Counted from the stretch's first letter, positions 18,582 to 28,985 are shown. The stretch is 64,000 nucleotides of DNA from Myxococcales bacterium (GCA_038320275.1 JBBQEB010000003.1:108-64107), one strand, 5' to 3'. Notes: generated by a model not told the origin, from the sequence alone. Numbers and translations are program-made.

Positions 18582-20192
18582 ATGAGCCTCCTCAGGAGAC
18601 CGGGCGAGCTCGCCGAGGTGCCGCTCGCGGCCATCCTCCTGGAGGCGCTCCACGAGCGCGCGACGGGCGTGCTCACGATCGAGCACGCAGGCGCGATCTC
18701 CCGCGTCTACCTGTGCGAAGGGCTCACGATCGCGGCCCAGTCGTCCTCAGCGTTCCTCCCGCTTGGCCGCGCGCTGCTGGACGCGGGCCTCATCGACATG
18801 GCGGCGCTGACCGGCAGCCTGGAGGAGCTGGCGCGCACAGGCAGGCCTCAAGGCCTGATCCTGGTGGAGCAGGGGGCCGTCACCGCGCGGCAGGTGGAGG
18901 AGGCGCTGGCAGAGCAACAGGAGCGCTATCTGATGCACGTGGTGGCCCTCGCGCGCGGGACCTTCCGCTTCGACGGAGCGCTGCCGCTTCCGGCCTGGAC
19001 GGCGGAGCTCCGCGCTCCGCCGCTGCGCGCCATCGTGCTCGCGCTGGAGACGCCCCAGGCCTTGTCGCTGGTCGTGGCCGCGCTCCAGCCCGTCGCAGGC
19101 GACGCGGTCGGGCTCACGGCTCGCTACGTGGAGGCGAGCACTTCGTTCGGCTGGAGCCCGGCCGAGGCGGCGCTGGTTGCCAGGATGCAGGATGGAGCCT
19201 CCCTGGACGCGCTCCTGGCTGGGCCCGAGCTCGCGCCCGAGCGCGCACGGGCAGTCGTGGCCGCGCTCCTGCTCCTCGACTTCGCCGCTGCGCGACCGCG
19301 GACCTCAGGGAGCGTGGCGACGGAGCCCCCGCTCCTGCTCGCTCCTGCCTCGTCCGCTCCGGAGCGCCCGCCCCCGCTGCCGCCCCCCAGGCCGGCAGCG
19401 CCCCCCCACCCCCTCCGCCGGAGCGATCCCGAGGAGGCCCGCCTCCGGCGCCGGCGCCTCCTCGCGACAGGGATGCGGAACACGGGCGTGGGGCCCCTCG
19501 CCGCTCGAGCCTCGCCTCCTCCCGGGCGGCCGCCCGGCCCGGAGCTCGAGCCCGCCCGGCCCGTACCCGCCGCGGTCCCCCCGAGCGCGCCAGCGCCGGA
19601 CGATGCCGAGCTGGAAGCGCGGCGCGCCTACGCGGCCGCCGCCCCGCGCGCCCGCTCGGAGGACTTCTTCGAGCGGCTCGGGCTCGACCGCTCTGCCTCG
19701 CGCGAGGCGGCGAAGGCCGCCTACTTCAAGCTCGCGAAGACGTTGCACCCCGACCGCTTCGCGTCGCCCGCGCTGGCCGACCTGGCCCCCGGCGCGCGCG
19801 AGCTCTTCGCCGCGCTCAACGAAGCCTACGAGGTCCTCTCCGACGACCTTCGCAGGGGCGAATACCTCCTCCGGCAGGGCGCGGAGGCGAAGGCGGGCGC
19901 GCGCGCGTCGGAGGAGCTCGAGCGGGCCGAGGCGTGCCTGCGCACGGGCGACCTCGCGCGGGCCCGCCGCCACTGCGAGGCCGCCCTTCGCGCCGATCCG
20001 CGCCCGGAGGTGCAGGCGGCGCTCGCGTGGGTGCTCGCCGCCGATCCGCGCACCTCCGACCGGCGGCGGGCCCGGGAGCTTGCCTCCGCGGCCTTGAAAG
20101 CCGGCCCCAACGATCGAGCCCGTGCCGTGCTGGCTCAGCTCGCCCGTGACGAGGGCGGCGAGGATCCGCTGCGTGGACGGCGCGAGCCTTGA
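18582..20192 (+). CDS. DUF4388-like + Pro-rich linker + J-domain + TPR protein
   Basis: N-terminal ATGVLTI..RVYL..G pattern; KTLHPDRF J-domain; C-terminal TPR-like helices. Confidence 0.75.
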   Translation: MSLLRRPGELAEVPLAAILLEALHERATGVLTIEHAGAISRVYLCEGLTIAAQSSSAFLPLGRALLDAGLIDMAALTGSLEELARTGRPQGLILVEQGAVTARQVEEALAEQQERYLMHVVALARGTFRFDGALPLPAWTAELRAPPLRAIVLALETPQALSLVVAALQPVAGDAVGLTARYVEASTSFGWSPAEAALVARMQDGASLDALLAGPELAPERARAVVAALLLLDFAAARPRTSGSVATEPPLLLAPASSAPERPPPLPPPRPAAPPHPLRRSDPEEARLRRRRLLATGMRNTGVGPLAARASPPPGRPPGPELEPARPVPAAVPPSAPAPDDAELEARRAYAAAAPRARSEDFFERLGLDRSASREAAKAAYFKLAKTLHPDRFASPALADLAPGARELFAALNEAYEVLSDDLRRGEYLLRQGAEAKAGARASEELERAEACLRTGDLARARRHCEAALRADPRPEVQAALAWVLAADPRTSDRRRARELASAALKAGPNDRARAVLAQLARDEGGEDPLRGRREP

Positions 20193-20210
20193 CCCGCACC
20201 GCGATCCGGG

Positions 20211-21677
20211 GTGACGATCCGGCGGTCGGTCCCTCTCCCGAAAGGCGCCTTGGCGACGAAGCTGCTCCTCGTGGACGGTGACGCCCCGGCGCTGCGCGCC
20301 ACCGAGCTCGTGCTGCAGCGGGCCGGTTACACCGTTGCGACCGCCAAGGACGGCGCGGAGGCGCTGAAGTGCTGCCGGGAGCTGCGGCCCAGGCTGGTCA
20401 TCGCCGAGGCCACCTTGCCCGGCGGTGGCGGGCTCGAGCTGCGGCAGGGCATCCAGGCCGACGAGGGGCTCGCCGGGACGCGGCTCCTCCTGCTCACCAG
20501 CGCCGTCGCACCGGCGATCCGGGCGCGCGCCGTGGAGCTCGGCGTGCCCGTCCTCGACAGGGAAGGCTCCCCGGAGGAGCTCGTCGCGCGCGTGAGGGAG
20601 CTCTTGCAGGAGGGGGAGGGCCATGGCCCCGAGCGCGCCGGCCCTGCTGGCGGTCCAGAGTGGGCTGGGCTGTCGCGCATGCTCCCGCCTGGCGACACCG
20701 TCGTCGGGATCGATTACGCGCTGCTTGCGGAGCGGCTCGCCGAGATCCCCGACGACGACGACGCGGTGCTGAAGCTCATCGACGGGCGGAGATCGCTCGG
20801 GGCGATCCTCGAGAGGAGCGGTGGCGCCGATGGCGAAGCCGGGCGCGTCCTGGCCCGCCTCTTCCAGGAGGGGCTCATCCGGCCGGTGGCGAAGGATGAT
20901 GCACCGCCGGCCCCCGCGCCGGACATCGAGGCGCCGGCGTGGTTCGGCGCTCCCTCCGTCGGAGCCCTTCCGCCGCCGTTGCCGATCCCGCCCGCGATCG
21001 GCGAGCCGGAGCCGGAGCCGGCCGCCGGACCGCGCATCGTGCGCTTCCCGCCCCCGGCGCGCTCTCGCCGCCCGGCGATGGCGTCCGCCGAGCTCCGGTC
21101 GGCGCTCGCCGCGGTGGAGCAAGCGGCCGACGCGAACGCCGCGCGGCGCGCCGAGGAGCGGCGAGGCGCTGCCGAGGTCCGCGCGCGCGCTGCCCGGCCG
21201 CGCTCGCGGCGCTCCCTCCTCCTGCTGTTGGCCGTCCCAGCGCTCGCCGTCGTGGGCTGGAGGGCCCTCGGCCCCCGCGGCGCACCCGATCCCGAGCCGG
21301 CCGGCGCCGCTCCTGCGGGCGAGGACGCGTACCTCGCCGCGCTCGCGTCCGCGCAGCGCCACCAGGGGGCGGGCGCGTACGACAGCGCGGCCGCCGCCTA
21401 CCGTCGAGCGCTCTCCGTCCACGAGACGAGCACCGCCTTCGCCGGCCTCGGGCGCGCCCTGCTGGCGGGCGGCCAGCCCGAGCCGGCGCTGGAGGCGCTT
21501 CGCCGCGCGGTCGAAGTCGACGCCCGCAACGGCGACGCCTGGATGGCCCTCGCCGAGCTCCAGCTCGCGCGAGGCCGCAGCGGTGAGGCGCGCGGCGCGT
21601 ACGAGCGCTGCCTCGCGGCCGATCCGCAGGGCGCGCGCGCGGAGGACGCGCGGGCGGCGCTCGCACATCTTAAGTAG
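20211..21677 (+). CDS. Pseudo-receiver protein with TM helix and C-terminal TPR
   Basis: KLLLVDGD..RPRLVIAEATLP (Glu at phospho-Asp position); LLLLLAVPALAVVGW TM; TPR repeats. Confidence 0.7.
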   Translation: MTIRRSVPLPKGALATKLLLVDGDAPALRATELVLQRAGYTVATAKDGAEALKCCRELRPRLVIAEATLPGGGGLELRQGIQADEGLAGTRLLLLTSAVAPAIRARAVELGVPVLDREGSPEELVARVRELLQEGEGHGPERAGPAGGPEWAGLSRMLPPGDTVVGIDYALLAERLAEIPDDDDAVLKLIDGRRSLGAILERSGGADGEAGRVLARLFQEGLIRPVAKDDAPPAPAPDIEAPAWFGAPSVGALPPPLPIPPAIGEPEPEPAAGPRIVRFPPPARSRRPAMASAELRSALAAVEQAADANAARRAEERRGAAEVRARAARPRSRRSLLLLLAVPALAVVGWRALGPRGAPDPEPAGAAPAGEDAYLAALASAQRHQGAGAYDSAAAAYRRALSVHETSTAFAGLGRALLAGGQPEPALEALRRAVEVDARNGDAWMALAELQLARGRSGEARGAYERCLAADPQGARAEDARAALAHLK

Positions 21678-21682
21678 CCTCC

Positions 21683-22684
21683 GTGCTGGTCCTCGGGATC
21701 GAGACGTCGTGCGACGAGACCGCAGCCGCCGTGGTGCAGGACGGGCGGCGGGCGCTCTCGGACGTGGTGGCGACGCAGATCGAGCTTCACCGCAAGTGGG
21801 GCGGCGTCGTGCCCGAGCTCGCCAGCCGCAACCACGTCATGCAGGTGCTGCCGGTGGTGGACGAGGCGCTCGCCCGGGCAGGCATTCGCCCTCCGGAGCT
21901 CTACGGTCTCGCGGTCACCAGCGGGCCGGGCCTGGTGGGAGCGCTGCTCGTGGGGGTGCAGGTGGCGAAGGCGCTCGCGCTCGCATGGGACAAGCCGCTC
22001 GCGCGGGTGAACCACCTCGAGGGTCACCTCCTCGCCACCTTCCTCGCCGAGGACGCGCCCGCCTTTCCGTTCCTGGGACTGGTCGTCTCGGGTGGGCACA
22101 CGTCCCTCTACGCGGCCGAGGCGCCCGGCCGGTATCGCCTTCTCGGCGCCACGCGCGACGACGCGGCCGGGGAGGCGTTCGACAAGGGTGCCAAGCTGCT
22201 CGGGCTGCCCTATCCCGGCGGCGTCGCCATCGACCGCCTGGCGAAGGAGGGCGACGGCAGTGCCGTGCGCTTCCCGCGCGCGGTCGTGCGGGGGAGCGAG
22301 CTCGCCTTCAGCTTCTCGGGCCTCAAGACCGCGCTCCTCCATCACGTCCGCAAGCACGGCGTTCCGGCCGGGCAAGGGCTCGCGGACCTCTGTGCCAGCT
22401 ACCAGGAGGCCATCGTGGGGGCGCTGGTGGCGAAGCTGTTCCGTGCCGCGCGCACCCTGCAGATGGAGCGCATCGTCCTCTCCGGCGGCGTGGCCGCCAA
22501 CAGCCGGCTGCGCGCCGCCGTGGTCGAGCGCGCGGCGGAGTACGAGGGCGTGCGCGTCTTCCTTCCGCCGGCGAAGCTCTGCACGGACAACGCGGCCATG
22601 ATCGCGGTGGCGGGTACGCACGCGCTGCTCCGGGGCGAGCGCGCCGGCGCGGGGCTGGCTGCGGACGCCTCCTGGCGGCTGTGA
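21683..22684 (+). CDS. tsaD: tRNA N6-threonylcarbamoyladenosine synthase TsaD
   Basis: LGIETSCDET, NHLEGH, VSGGHT, DDAAGEAFDK, CTDNAAMIA. Confidence 0.97.
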   Translation: MLVLGIETSCDETAAAVVQDGRRALSDVVATQIELHRKWGGVVPELASRNHVMQVLPVVDEALARAGIRPPELYGLAVTSGPGLVGALLVGVQVAKALALAWDKPLARVNHLEGHLLATFLAEDAPAFPFLGLVVSGGHTSLYAAEAPGRYRLLGATRDDAAGEAFDKGAKLLGLPYPGGVAIDRLAKEGDGSAVRFPRAVVRGSELAFSFSGLKTALLHHVRKHGVPAGQGLADLCASYQEAIVGALVAKLFRAARTLQMERIVLSGGVAANSRLRAAVVERAAEYEGVRVFLPPAKLCTDNAAMIAVAGTHALLRGERAGAGLAADASWRL

Positions 22685-23529
22685 TGGCGACGGCCGCCTA
22701 CCCGTCGCCCAAGGCGCTGCTCGATCGCTACGGGCTCCGCGCCAAGAAGAGCTGGGGTCAGAACTTCCTGGGGGACGAGGGGATCCTCGACCACATCGCG
22801 GCGCTGGCGGTGGAGCGCCCAGGCGAGCGCGTGGTGGAGCTGGGCGCCGGGCTCGGCCATCTGACCGCGCGCCTCGTCGCGCGCGGCGCGGTGGTGGTAG
22901 CGGTGGAGCGGGACCGCGACATGGCGGCCGTGCTGCGGGGCGAGCTGGGCGAGCGCGTGACGCTCGTCGAGGCCGACGCCGCGCGCCTCGACTACCGCGC
23001 GCTGGCGGGCGAGGGGGGGCCGATCGCGGTGGTGGGAAACCTGCCGTACCACCTCACGAGCCCCATCCTGTTCGCGCTGCTCGACCAGGCGGAATCCGTG
23101 CGGCGGGCGGTGCTGCTCCTCCAGCGCGAGGTGGCGGAGCGACTCGCGGCGTCGCCGGACACGGAGGCGTGGGGGCTCCTCTCGGTGCTCCTCCAGCAGC
23201 GGGCACACGTCACGGTCGAGCGCCGCGTTCCGCCCGGCGCCTTCCTCCCGCCGCCCAAGGTGGAGAGCGCGGTGGTGCGCATCGCCTTCGGGCCGCCCCG
23301 GGCCGAGATCTCCGACGCGGCGCGCTTCAGGAAACTGGTGAAGGCGGGGTTCAACCAGCGCCGCAAGGTCCTCGCGAACGCGCTGGCGTCGGCCCGCCTG
23401 GCGACGCCGGAGACCCTCGCTCACGCCCTCGAATCCGCCGGTATCGATCCCCGCCGCCGCGGGGAGACGCTCACCGTCGCCGAGTGGGCAGCGCTGGAGC
23501 GTGCCCTTGCATCGGCCGAGGCGCGTTGA
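22684..23529 (+). CDS. rsmA: 16S rRNA dimethyladenosine transferase RsmA (KsgA)
   Basis: KKSWGQNFL, ELGAGLG, VGNLPYHLTSPIL, PPPKVESAV. Confidence 0.97.
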   Translation: MATAAYPSPKALLDRYGLRAKKSWGQNFLGDEGILDHIAALAVERPGERVVELGAGLGHLTARLVARGAVVVAVERDRDMAAVLRGELGERVTLVEADAARLDYRALAGEGGPIAVVGNLPYHLTSPILFALLDQAESVRRAVLLLQREVAERLAASPDTEAWGLLSVLLQQRAHVTVERRVPPGAFLPPPKVESAVVRIAFGPPRAEISDAARFRKLVKAGFNQRRKVLANALASARLATPETLAHALESAGIDPRRRGETLTVAEWAALERALASAEAR

Positions 23530-23714
23530 GGCCGCGCGCCGCTGACAGGGTGCGGCTCAGCTTCTCGGCGCCGTTCACGACCTCCCGAACGTCGTGACGC
23601 TACAGGTCACGCACGGTCGCGGTACACCGCGTGCGGTCATCCCCGAGCGGGTGCTCTTTCCGCCAGGGCGGTCGGGGTGGCACTCTGCCCGCGCCCCTCA
23701 GCCCTGGAACCCGA

Positions 23715-24350
23715 ATGGATCGTCCGCGCTACATCGCCATCGAGGGACCGATCGGCGCCGGCAAGACGACGCTCGCGAACATCCTGGTGGAGAGCCTGGG
23801 CGGCCGGCTCCTGGCGGAATCGGTGGAGGAGAACCCCTTCCTCGCCCGCTTCTACGAGGACAGGCCCAAGTACGCGCTGCAGACGCAGCTCTTCTTCCTG
23901 CTCTCCCGTTTCGGACAGCAGCAGGCGCTCTTCCAGACGGACCTCTTCGCGCAGACGACCGTCGCCGACTACCTGTTCGCGAAGGACCGCATCTTCGCCG
24001 CGCTCAACCTGGAGGGGCACGAGCTCGCGCTCTACGAGCAGGTCTACGCAGCGCTCGGGCCGAGGACGGTGAAGCCAGACCTGGTGATCTACCTGCAAGC
24101 CCGCATCGACGTGCTGCTCGCGCGCATCCGGCGGCGGGGGCGCCACTTCGAGCGCGCCATCGAGCCGGCCTATCTCGAGGGGCTGGCGCGCGCGTATGGC
24201 GAGTTCTTCTTCCACCACGACGACTCGCCGGTGCTGGTGGTGAACACGAGCGACATCGACCTCAGCGGCTCCGCCCCTGACCGCGACGCGCTCCTCGCGG
24301 TCATCCGGCGCCATCGCTCGGGTGTCCGGCACTACAACCCGGGCGGCTGA
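23715..24350 (+). CDS. Deoxynucleoside kinase
   Basis: [36 protein letters not shown]. Confidence 0.92.
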   Translation: MDRPRYIAIEGPIGAGKTTLANILVESLGGRLLAESVEENPFLARFYEDRPKYALQTQLFFLLSRFGQQQALFQTDLFAQTTVADYLFAKDRIFAALNLEGHELALYEQVYAALGPRTVKPDLVIYLQARIDVLLARIRRRGRHFERAIEPAYLEGLARAYGEFFFHHDDSPVLVVNTSDIDLSGSAPDRDALLAVIRRHRSGVRHYNPGG

Positions 24351-24453
24351 CGAACAGCGGCCCAAGGCCGTGTGGCAGCGGGCGAGGCCGGGGACTACAG
24401 AGCTTTTCTTCCAACGGGTGGGACCCGCTCGCGGGCCTGCACCGGAGGTGAAC

Positions 24454-25374
24454 ATGTCGAAGCAGGCATCCCCCGGGACGCGCAAGCGCCTCAGCATCCC
24501 CGACCTGCGCAAGATGAAGGCGGCCGGCGAGAAGATCGCCGTCGCGACCGCTTACGACGCCACCATGGCGCGGCTGGTCGACGAGGGAGGCGCCGACGCC
24601 ATCCTGGTGGGCGACTCCCTCGGCATGGTGGTGCAGGGGCACGACTCCACGCTGCCCGTCACGCTGGAGCAGATGATCTACCACTCCGCCTGCGTTCGCC
24701 GCGGGCTGGCCCGCTCCGGCGGGCGCGCGAACCTCACCGTGGACATGCCGTTCGGCAGCTACCAGGCGGGGATCGACGACGCGGTGAAGAGCGCGATGCG
24801 GCTCGTGGCCGAGGGCGGTGCCGAGGGCGTGAAGCTCGAGGGCGGGGGCGAGTACGCGGAGGTCATCGCCCGCATCGTGCGCGCCGGCGTCCCGGTCATG
24901 GGCCACATTGGGCTCACCCCGCAGTCGGTCCATCAGATGGGGGGCTACGTCGTCCAGGGAAAGGACACGGAGAAGGCGCGGCGGCTCCTGCGCGACGCGC
25001 GGGCGCTGGAGGAGGCCGGCTGCTTCGCCCTGGTGCTGGAGTGCATCCCGGCCGAGCTGGCCGGGCTCATCACCGGGCAGCTCTCCATCCCCACCATCGG
25101 TATCGGCGCGGGCGTGCACTGCGACGGTCAGGTGCTGGTGGTGAACGACCTGCTGGGTCTGGACGGCAGCTTCCGGCCCAAGTTCGTGAAGCGCTTCGCC
25201 GAGCTCGGCCCCAGCATGGCGGCTGCAGTCGCGGCCTACGCCGCGGAGGTGAAGGCGGCAACCTTTCCCGCCGAGGAGCACTCCTTCCACGCGGGGACGC
25301 TGCGCCTCGTCCAGGCCCCGGAGCTCGACCGCAGGCCCGACGTCGATCCGGCGGTCCTGGGCGCGCCCGTGTAA
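24454..25374 (+). CDS. panB: 3-methyl-2-oxobutanoate hydroxymethyltransferase
   Basis: [40 protein letters not shown]. Confidence 0.97.
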   Translation: MSKQASPGTRKRLSIPDLRKMKAAGEKIAVATAYDATMARLVDEGGADAILVGDSLGMVVQGHDSTLPVTLEQMIYHSACVRRGLARSGGRANLTVDMPFGSYQAGIDDAVKSAMRLVAEGGAEGVKLEGGGEYAEVIARIVRAGVPVMGHIGLTPQSVHQMGGYVVQGKDTEKARRLLRDARALEEAGCFALVLECIPAELAGLITGQLSIPTIGIGAGVHCDGQVLVVNDLLGLDGSFRPKFVKRFAELGPSMAAAVAAYAAEVKAATFPAEEHSFHAGTLRLVQAPELDRRPDVDPAVLGAPV

Positions 25375-25412
25375 AAGGCGCCTCACTCGCGCGCACCCCG
25401 CGCGGCCCGAAC

Positions 25413-26267
25413 ATGCCCATCGAGCTCGTCCGAGACCCGCGCGAATGGCAGAGCCGTTGCCTGGAGGCGCGGGCCGCGGGCCGCCGCATCGCGCTCGTGC
25501 CCACCATGGGCTTCCTCCACGCCGGCCACGCCTCGCTCCTTCGCGGGGCTCGCGAGCGGGCGGGTCCCGGCGGGCTCGCGCTGGCGAGCATCTTCGTGAA
25601 CCCGGCGCAGTTCGGGCCAGCCGAGGACCTGACGCAATACCCGCGCGACCTGCCGCGCGACCTCGCCACCTGCGAAGCGGCGGGGGTGGACTGGGTGCTC
25701 GCCCCCGAGCCGGGCGACGTCTACGCGAGCGGCCACGAGACCTGGATCGAGGTGGAGCGCACCGCCCAGGGGCTGTGTGCCGGCACTCGCCCCGGGCACT
25801 TCCGCGGCGTCGCCACGGTCGTCGCCAAGCTCTTCCACCTCTCCGTGCCGCACGTGGCCCTGTTCGGTGAGAAGGACTGGCAGCAGCTCCAGGTGGTGAG
25901 AGCCATGGTCCGCGACCTCGACTTCGCGATCGAGGTCGCCGGGATGCCCATCGTGCGGGAGGCGGATGGGCTCGCGCTCTCCTCCCGGAACGTCTATCTC
26001 TCGCGGGAGGAGCGCGGCCGCGCGCTGGCGCTGTCGAAGGCGCTCCGGCAGGCACAGGTGCGGGCCGCCGGCGGCGAGCGCGAGGCCGCCGTGCTGTCCC
26101 GGGAGGCCCGCGAGGCGCTCGCGCGCGAGGGGGTGGAGGTGGAGTACGTGGAGGTGGTGCATTCCGAGCGGCTGGAGCGCCTGGCGCACGCCGGGCCGGG
26201 CAGCCGCATGCTCGTCGCGGCGCAAGTTGGGCGGACGCGCCTCATCGACAACGTGGAGCTCCCGTGA
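25413..26267 (+). CDS. panC: Pantoate-beta-alanine ligase
   Basis: VPTMGFLHAGH, FVNPAQF, FGEKDWQQ, READGLALSSRN, RLIDN. Confidence 0.97.
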   Translation: MPIELVRDPREWQSRCLEARAAGRRIALVPTMGFLHAGHASLLRGARERAGPGGLALASIFVNPAQFGPAEDLTQYPRDLPRDLATCEAAGVDWVLAPEPGDVYASGHETWIEVERTAQGLCAGTRPGHFRGVATVVAKLFHLSVPHVALFGEKDWQQLQVVRAMVRDLDFAIEVAGMPIVREADGLALSSRNVYLSREERGRALALSKALRQAQVRAAGGEREAAVLSREAREALAREGVEVEYVEVVHSERLERLAHAGPGSRMLVAAQVGRTRLIDNVELP

Positions 26268-26743
26268 GGGCGAGGGGAGGCGCCGACGACGAGGTGAAGG
26301 TGGTGGCCACCAACCGCCGCGCCCGGTTCGACTACCAGGTCGAGGACACCTACGAGGCCGGCCTCGCCCTCACCGGCTCGGAGGTGAAGTCGCTCCGCGC
26401 TGGCAACATCTCGCTCTCCGACGCCTACGCCCAGCCGCGCGGTGCCGAGCTCTTCCTGCTGAACCTGCGGATCGGCGAGTACGGACCTGCCTCGCTCTTC
26501 GGCCACGCGCCGCTGCGCGAGCGCAGGCTCCTCATGAAGCGGGCGGAGATCGAGAAGATCCGCGGCAAGGTGGAGCAGCGCGGCTACACGCTCGTCCCCC
26601 TCTCCCTCTATTTCAAAGGCGGCTGGGCCAAGGTGGAGCTCGGCCTCGCTCGCGGGCGCACGCACGAGGACCGCCGGGAGGCCATCGCCGAGCGCGAGAC
26701 CAAGCGCGAGATGGACCGCGCCATGTCGAAGCGGCGGAAGTGA
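26264..26743 (+). CDS. smpB: SsrA-binding protein
   Basis: NRRARFDY, EAGLALTGSEVKSLR, RRLLMKRAEI, DRREAIAER. Confidence 0.97.
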   Translation: MRARGGADDEVKVVATNRRARFDYQVEDTYEAGLALTGSEVKSLRAGNISLSDAYAQPRGAELFLLNLRIGEYGPASLFGHAPLRERRLLMKRAEIEKIRGKVEQRGYTLVPLSLYFKGGWAKVELGLARGRTHEDRREAIAERETKREMDRAMSKRRK

Positions 26744-26848
26744 GCGGCCGTCCCGCGATCAGGGGTCATACGCGGGGTACGTGAAGGCACACATCGGCCG
26801 CTCCACCCGCTTCTGCTAGGCTGCCCGCGATTTCCACCGAGAGGCAGG

Positions 26849-27760
26849 ATGTTCGACCGCGTCACGCTCAAGAGGGATTTGGTGGACGCGGGGGGAAGGC
26901 TCCTCGCGCGCCGTGGCGCCGTCCTGTCCCTCGGGGCCGTGCTCGAGGCCGCTCAGCGCACCGCCCCGCCGCCTCGGGTCGAGCCGCTCTCCGCGACCGC
27001 CCTGGCGGCCGGGGTCCGCGCGCAGCTCGACGCGCCGGTCTACCGGGCGCTCTTCCGGGATCGGCCGATGAAGGAGCGCGTCGAGCGCACCATCCTGGCG
27101 GCCCGGCTCCCCGCCTCGCTCACCGGAGAGCTCGCCGAGAGGGAGCGGTCGGACCCTGCGCGCCAGCGGCACGGCGTGGCGACGGCGGCCATCGCGGTGC
27201 GGATGCTCCTGGGCGCGGTCGGCGAGCGCCCCGGACTGGCCGATCTGGCCGCCGCGGGGCTCCTGCACGACCTCGGCATGCGCCACATCCCTCCCCACCT
27301 CGCGGGCAACGACGACGCGCTCGACCCGGCGGAGATCGCCGAGGTGGCCTCCCATCCGCTCCTCGGCGGCTGGCACCTGGCCCTCCAGCTCGGGCCGCAC
27401 CCGGCCGTCGACGCCGCCCTGTGGCATCACTGGCGCAACGGAAAGGGCTATCCCAGCCTCGCTCGCCCGCCCACGCGCATGGTGGAGGTGGTGAGCGTCG
27501 CCAGCGCCTTCGCGGCGCTCACCCAGGCCCGGGCCTTCCGCGCGGGCGTGTACGACGCCCGCGGCGCAGTGGACCTCCTCATCGAAGAGGGCGCCCTGGA
27601 TCGCTTCGACCTCGTCACGGTGAAGCTGCTCGTGCACGCGCTGCGCGGTGGGAAGGGCGAGGTCCGGGAGGTGAAGTTTGGACGGCCGCGGCTGGGCAAC
27701 AGCCCGAAGGCGAGCAGCCACACGGTCATCCAGCTCGATCCCCGCAAGGCGACCGGTTAG
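26849..27760 (+). CDS. HD-GYP-like protein with degenerate metal site
   Basis: LLHDLG, HHWRNGKGYP, VASAFAAL (canonical ADxxDAL). Confidence 0.75.
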   Translation: MFDRVTLKRDLVDAGGRLLARRGAVLSLGAVLEAAQRTAPPPRVEPLSATALAAGVRAQLDAPVYRALFRDRPMKERVERTILAARLPASLTGELAERERSDPARQRHGVATAAIAVRMLLGAVGERPGLADLAAAGLLHDLGMRHIPPHLAGNDDALDPAEIAEVASHPLLGGWHLALQLGPHPAVDAALWHHWRNGKGYPSLARPPTRMVEVVSVASAFAALTQARAFRAGVYDARGAVDLLIEEGALDRFDLVTVKLLVHALRGGKGEVREVKFGRPRLGNSPKASSHTVIQLDPRKATG

Positions 27761-27776
27761 CGACGCCGCTCGGCGC

Positions 27777-28985
27777 TCACCCGCCGGCGCCCTGCCACCA
27801 CTCGAAGGTGCGCCCCAGCGGGTCGTTCGGGCCGAAGACGACGAGGTACGCAGCAGCATCGTAAGCGAGGAAGGCCGGGCGCCCGCGCGCCACCGTGCCG
27901 AGCTGGTGGAGCTGGCGCCAGGTGCCGGTGTTGAAGTAGCAACCCGGCTTCCCGTTCACGAGCCCGAGCGGCGTCATGCCGGCGAAGTGGGTGTGCCCGT
28001 TCACGGCGAAGCGCAGCCCGCGGTGCTCGCGGGACTCCAGCGCGCGCAGGGCGCTCCGCGCGAAGCGGGCGTCGAGGAGCCGCATGAGCAGGTAGTAGAG
28101 CTGGGTGAGCCGCGGCTCGTCGCGCGGCTTGCCGCGCCCGGAAAGCGCGAGGAGGAGCTTCACGCGCTGGGCGAAGTCGAGCTTCAGCCTCCGGTGGTGG
28201 TCGGCCATCCAGTGGCGCACCCAGCCGTTCTCGAGGAACTCGTCCACGAGCTCCCGCCACACGCGGTTCACGACCCGGGAGAGGTGCGCCGGCTCTCCTC
28301 TCGCGAGGCCGCGCACCCAGCCCGGAACCGCCAGGACGGGGCGCACGTCGTCGATGTCGTCGAGGCGCGGGTCGGGAAGCTCGAGGTGGCGCCGGATCTC
28401 CGAGGGGAAGCGCACGATGAGCTCCGACGCGATGACGTCGCCGAGCGGGGCGGAGCCGTCGGACTCGTGGCAGAGAGGGTCCACGGTGTGGCCGTGGTAG
28501 GCGAGCACGCCCTCGGGCTCGAACACGCGCACCGCCGGGAAGGGCGCCGTACCTCCGCTCATGCCGAGCGCCGCCCGGACGGCCGCCCGCGCTGCGGGGG
28601 CGTGCAGGAGCAGCCGGTCGTGGTTGCCCAGCACGTACTCGATCTCCAGCGCGCCCGTTTCCACCTTGCGGCGCATGGCCTCGAAGAAGGGGCGGTCGGC
28701 TTCGATGGTCGCGTCGATCACGCGCTTCACCTGCGCGGCCAGCTCGGGGGAGGGCTCGTGGTACGGCCGCACCGTGCAGCCCAGCCACTCCGGAGCGCGG
28801 ACGAGGTCGAAGATGTCGCCGAGCAGGCAGAGCCGGATCGGCGCGCCGGGGCTGCCGCCCTCGATGCGAGACCAGAGCCGCCCGAACTGCGCCGCGCGCG
28901 CGACGGGCGTGGGCGCGCCGGTGCGGAGGTGAAGGTCGGAGACGAAGACGAGCATCGGGCGCGGGAGGCGCCCCGCCGGGATCAT
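27777..28985 (-). CDS. Calcineurin-like phosphoesterase (LpxH-like)
   Basis: VSDLH, GDIFD, GNHD, HGH, GHTH, NTGTW. Confidence 0.8.
   Translation of the reverse strand: MIPAGRLPRPMLVFVSDLHLRTGAPTPVARAAQFGRLWSRIEGGSPGAPIRLCLLGDIFDLVRAPEWLGCTVRPYHEPSPELAAQVKRVIDATIEADRPFFEAMRRKVETGALEIEYVLGNHDRLLLHAPAARAAVRAALGMSGGTAPFPAVRVFEPEGVLAYHGHTVDPLCHESDGSAPLGDVIASELIVRFPSEIRRHLELPDPRLDDIDDVRPVLAVPGWVRGLARGEPAHLSRVVNRVWRELVDEFLENGWVRHWMADHHRRLKLDFAQRVKLLLALSGRGKPRDEPRLTQLYYLLMRLLDARFARSALRALESREHRGLRFAVNGHTHFAGMTPLGLVNGKPGCYFNTGTWRQLHQLGTVARGRPAFLAYDAAAYLVVFGPNDPLGRTFEWWQGAGG

Noticed and set aside
26744-26848. tmRNA (ssrA) next to smpB
   Set aside because: The gap is only about 105 bp and lacks tRNA-like GGGG..CCACCA ends
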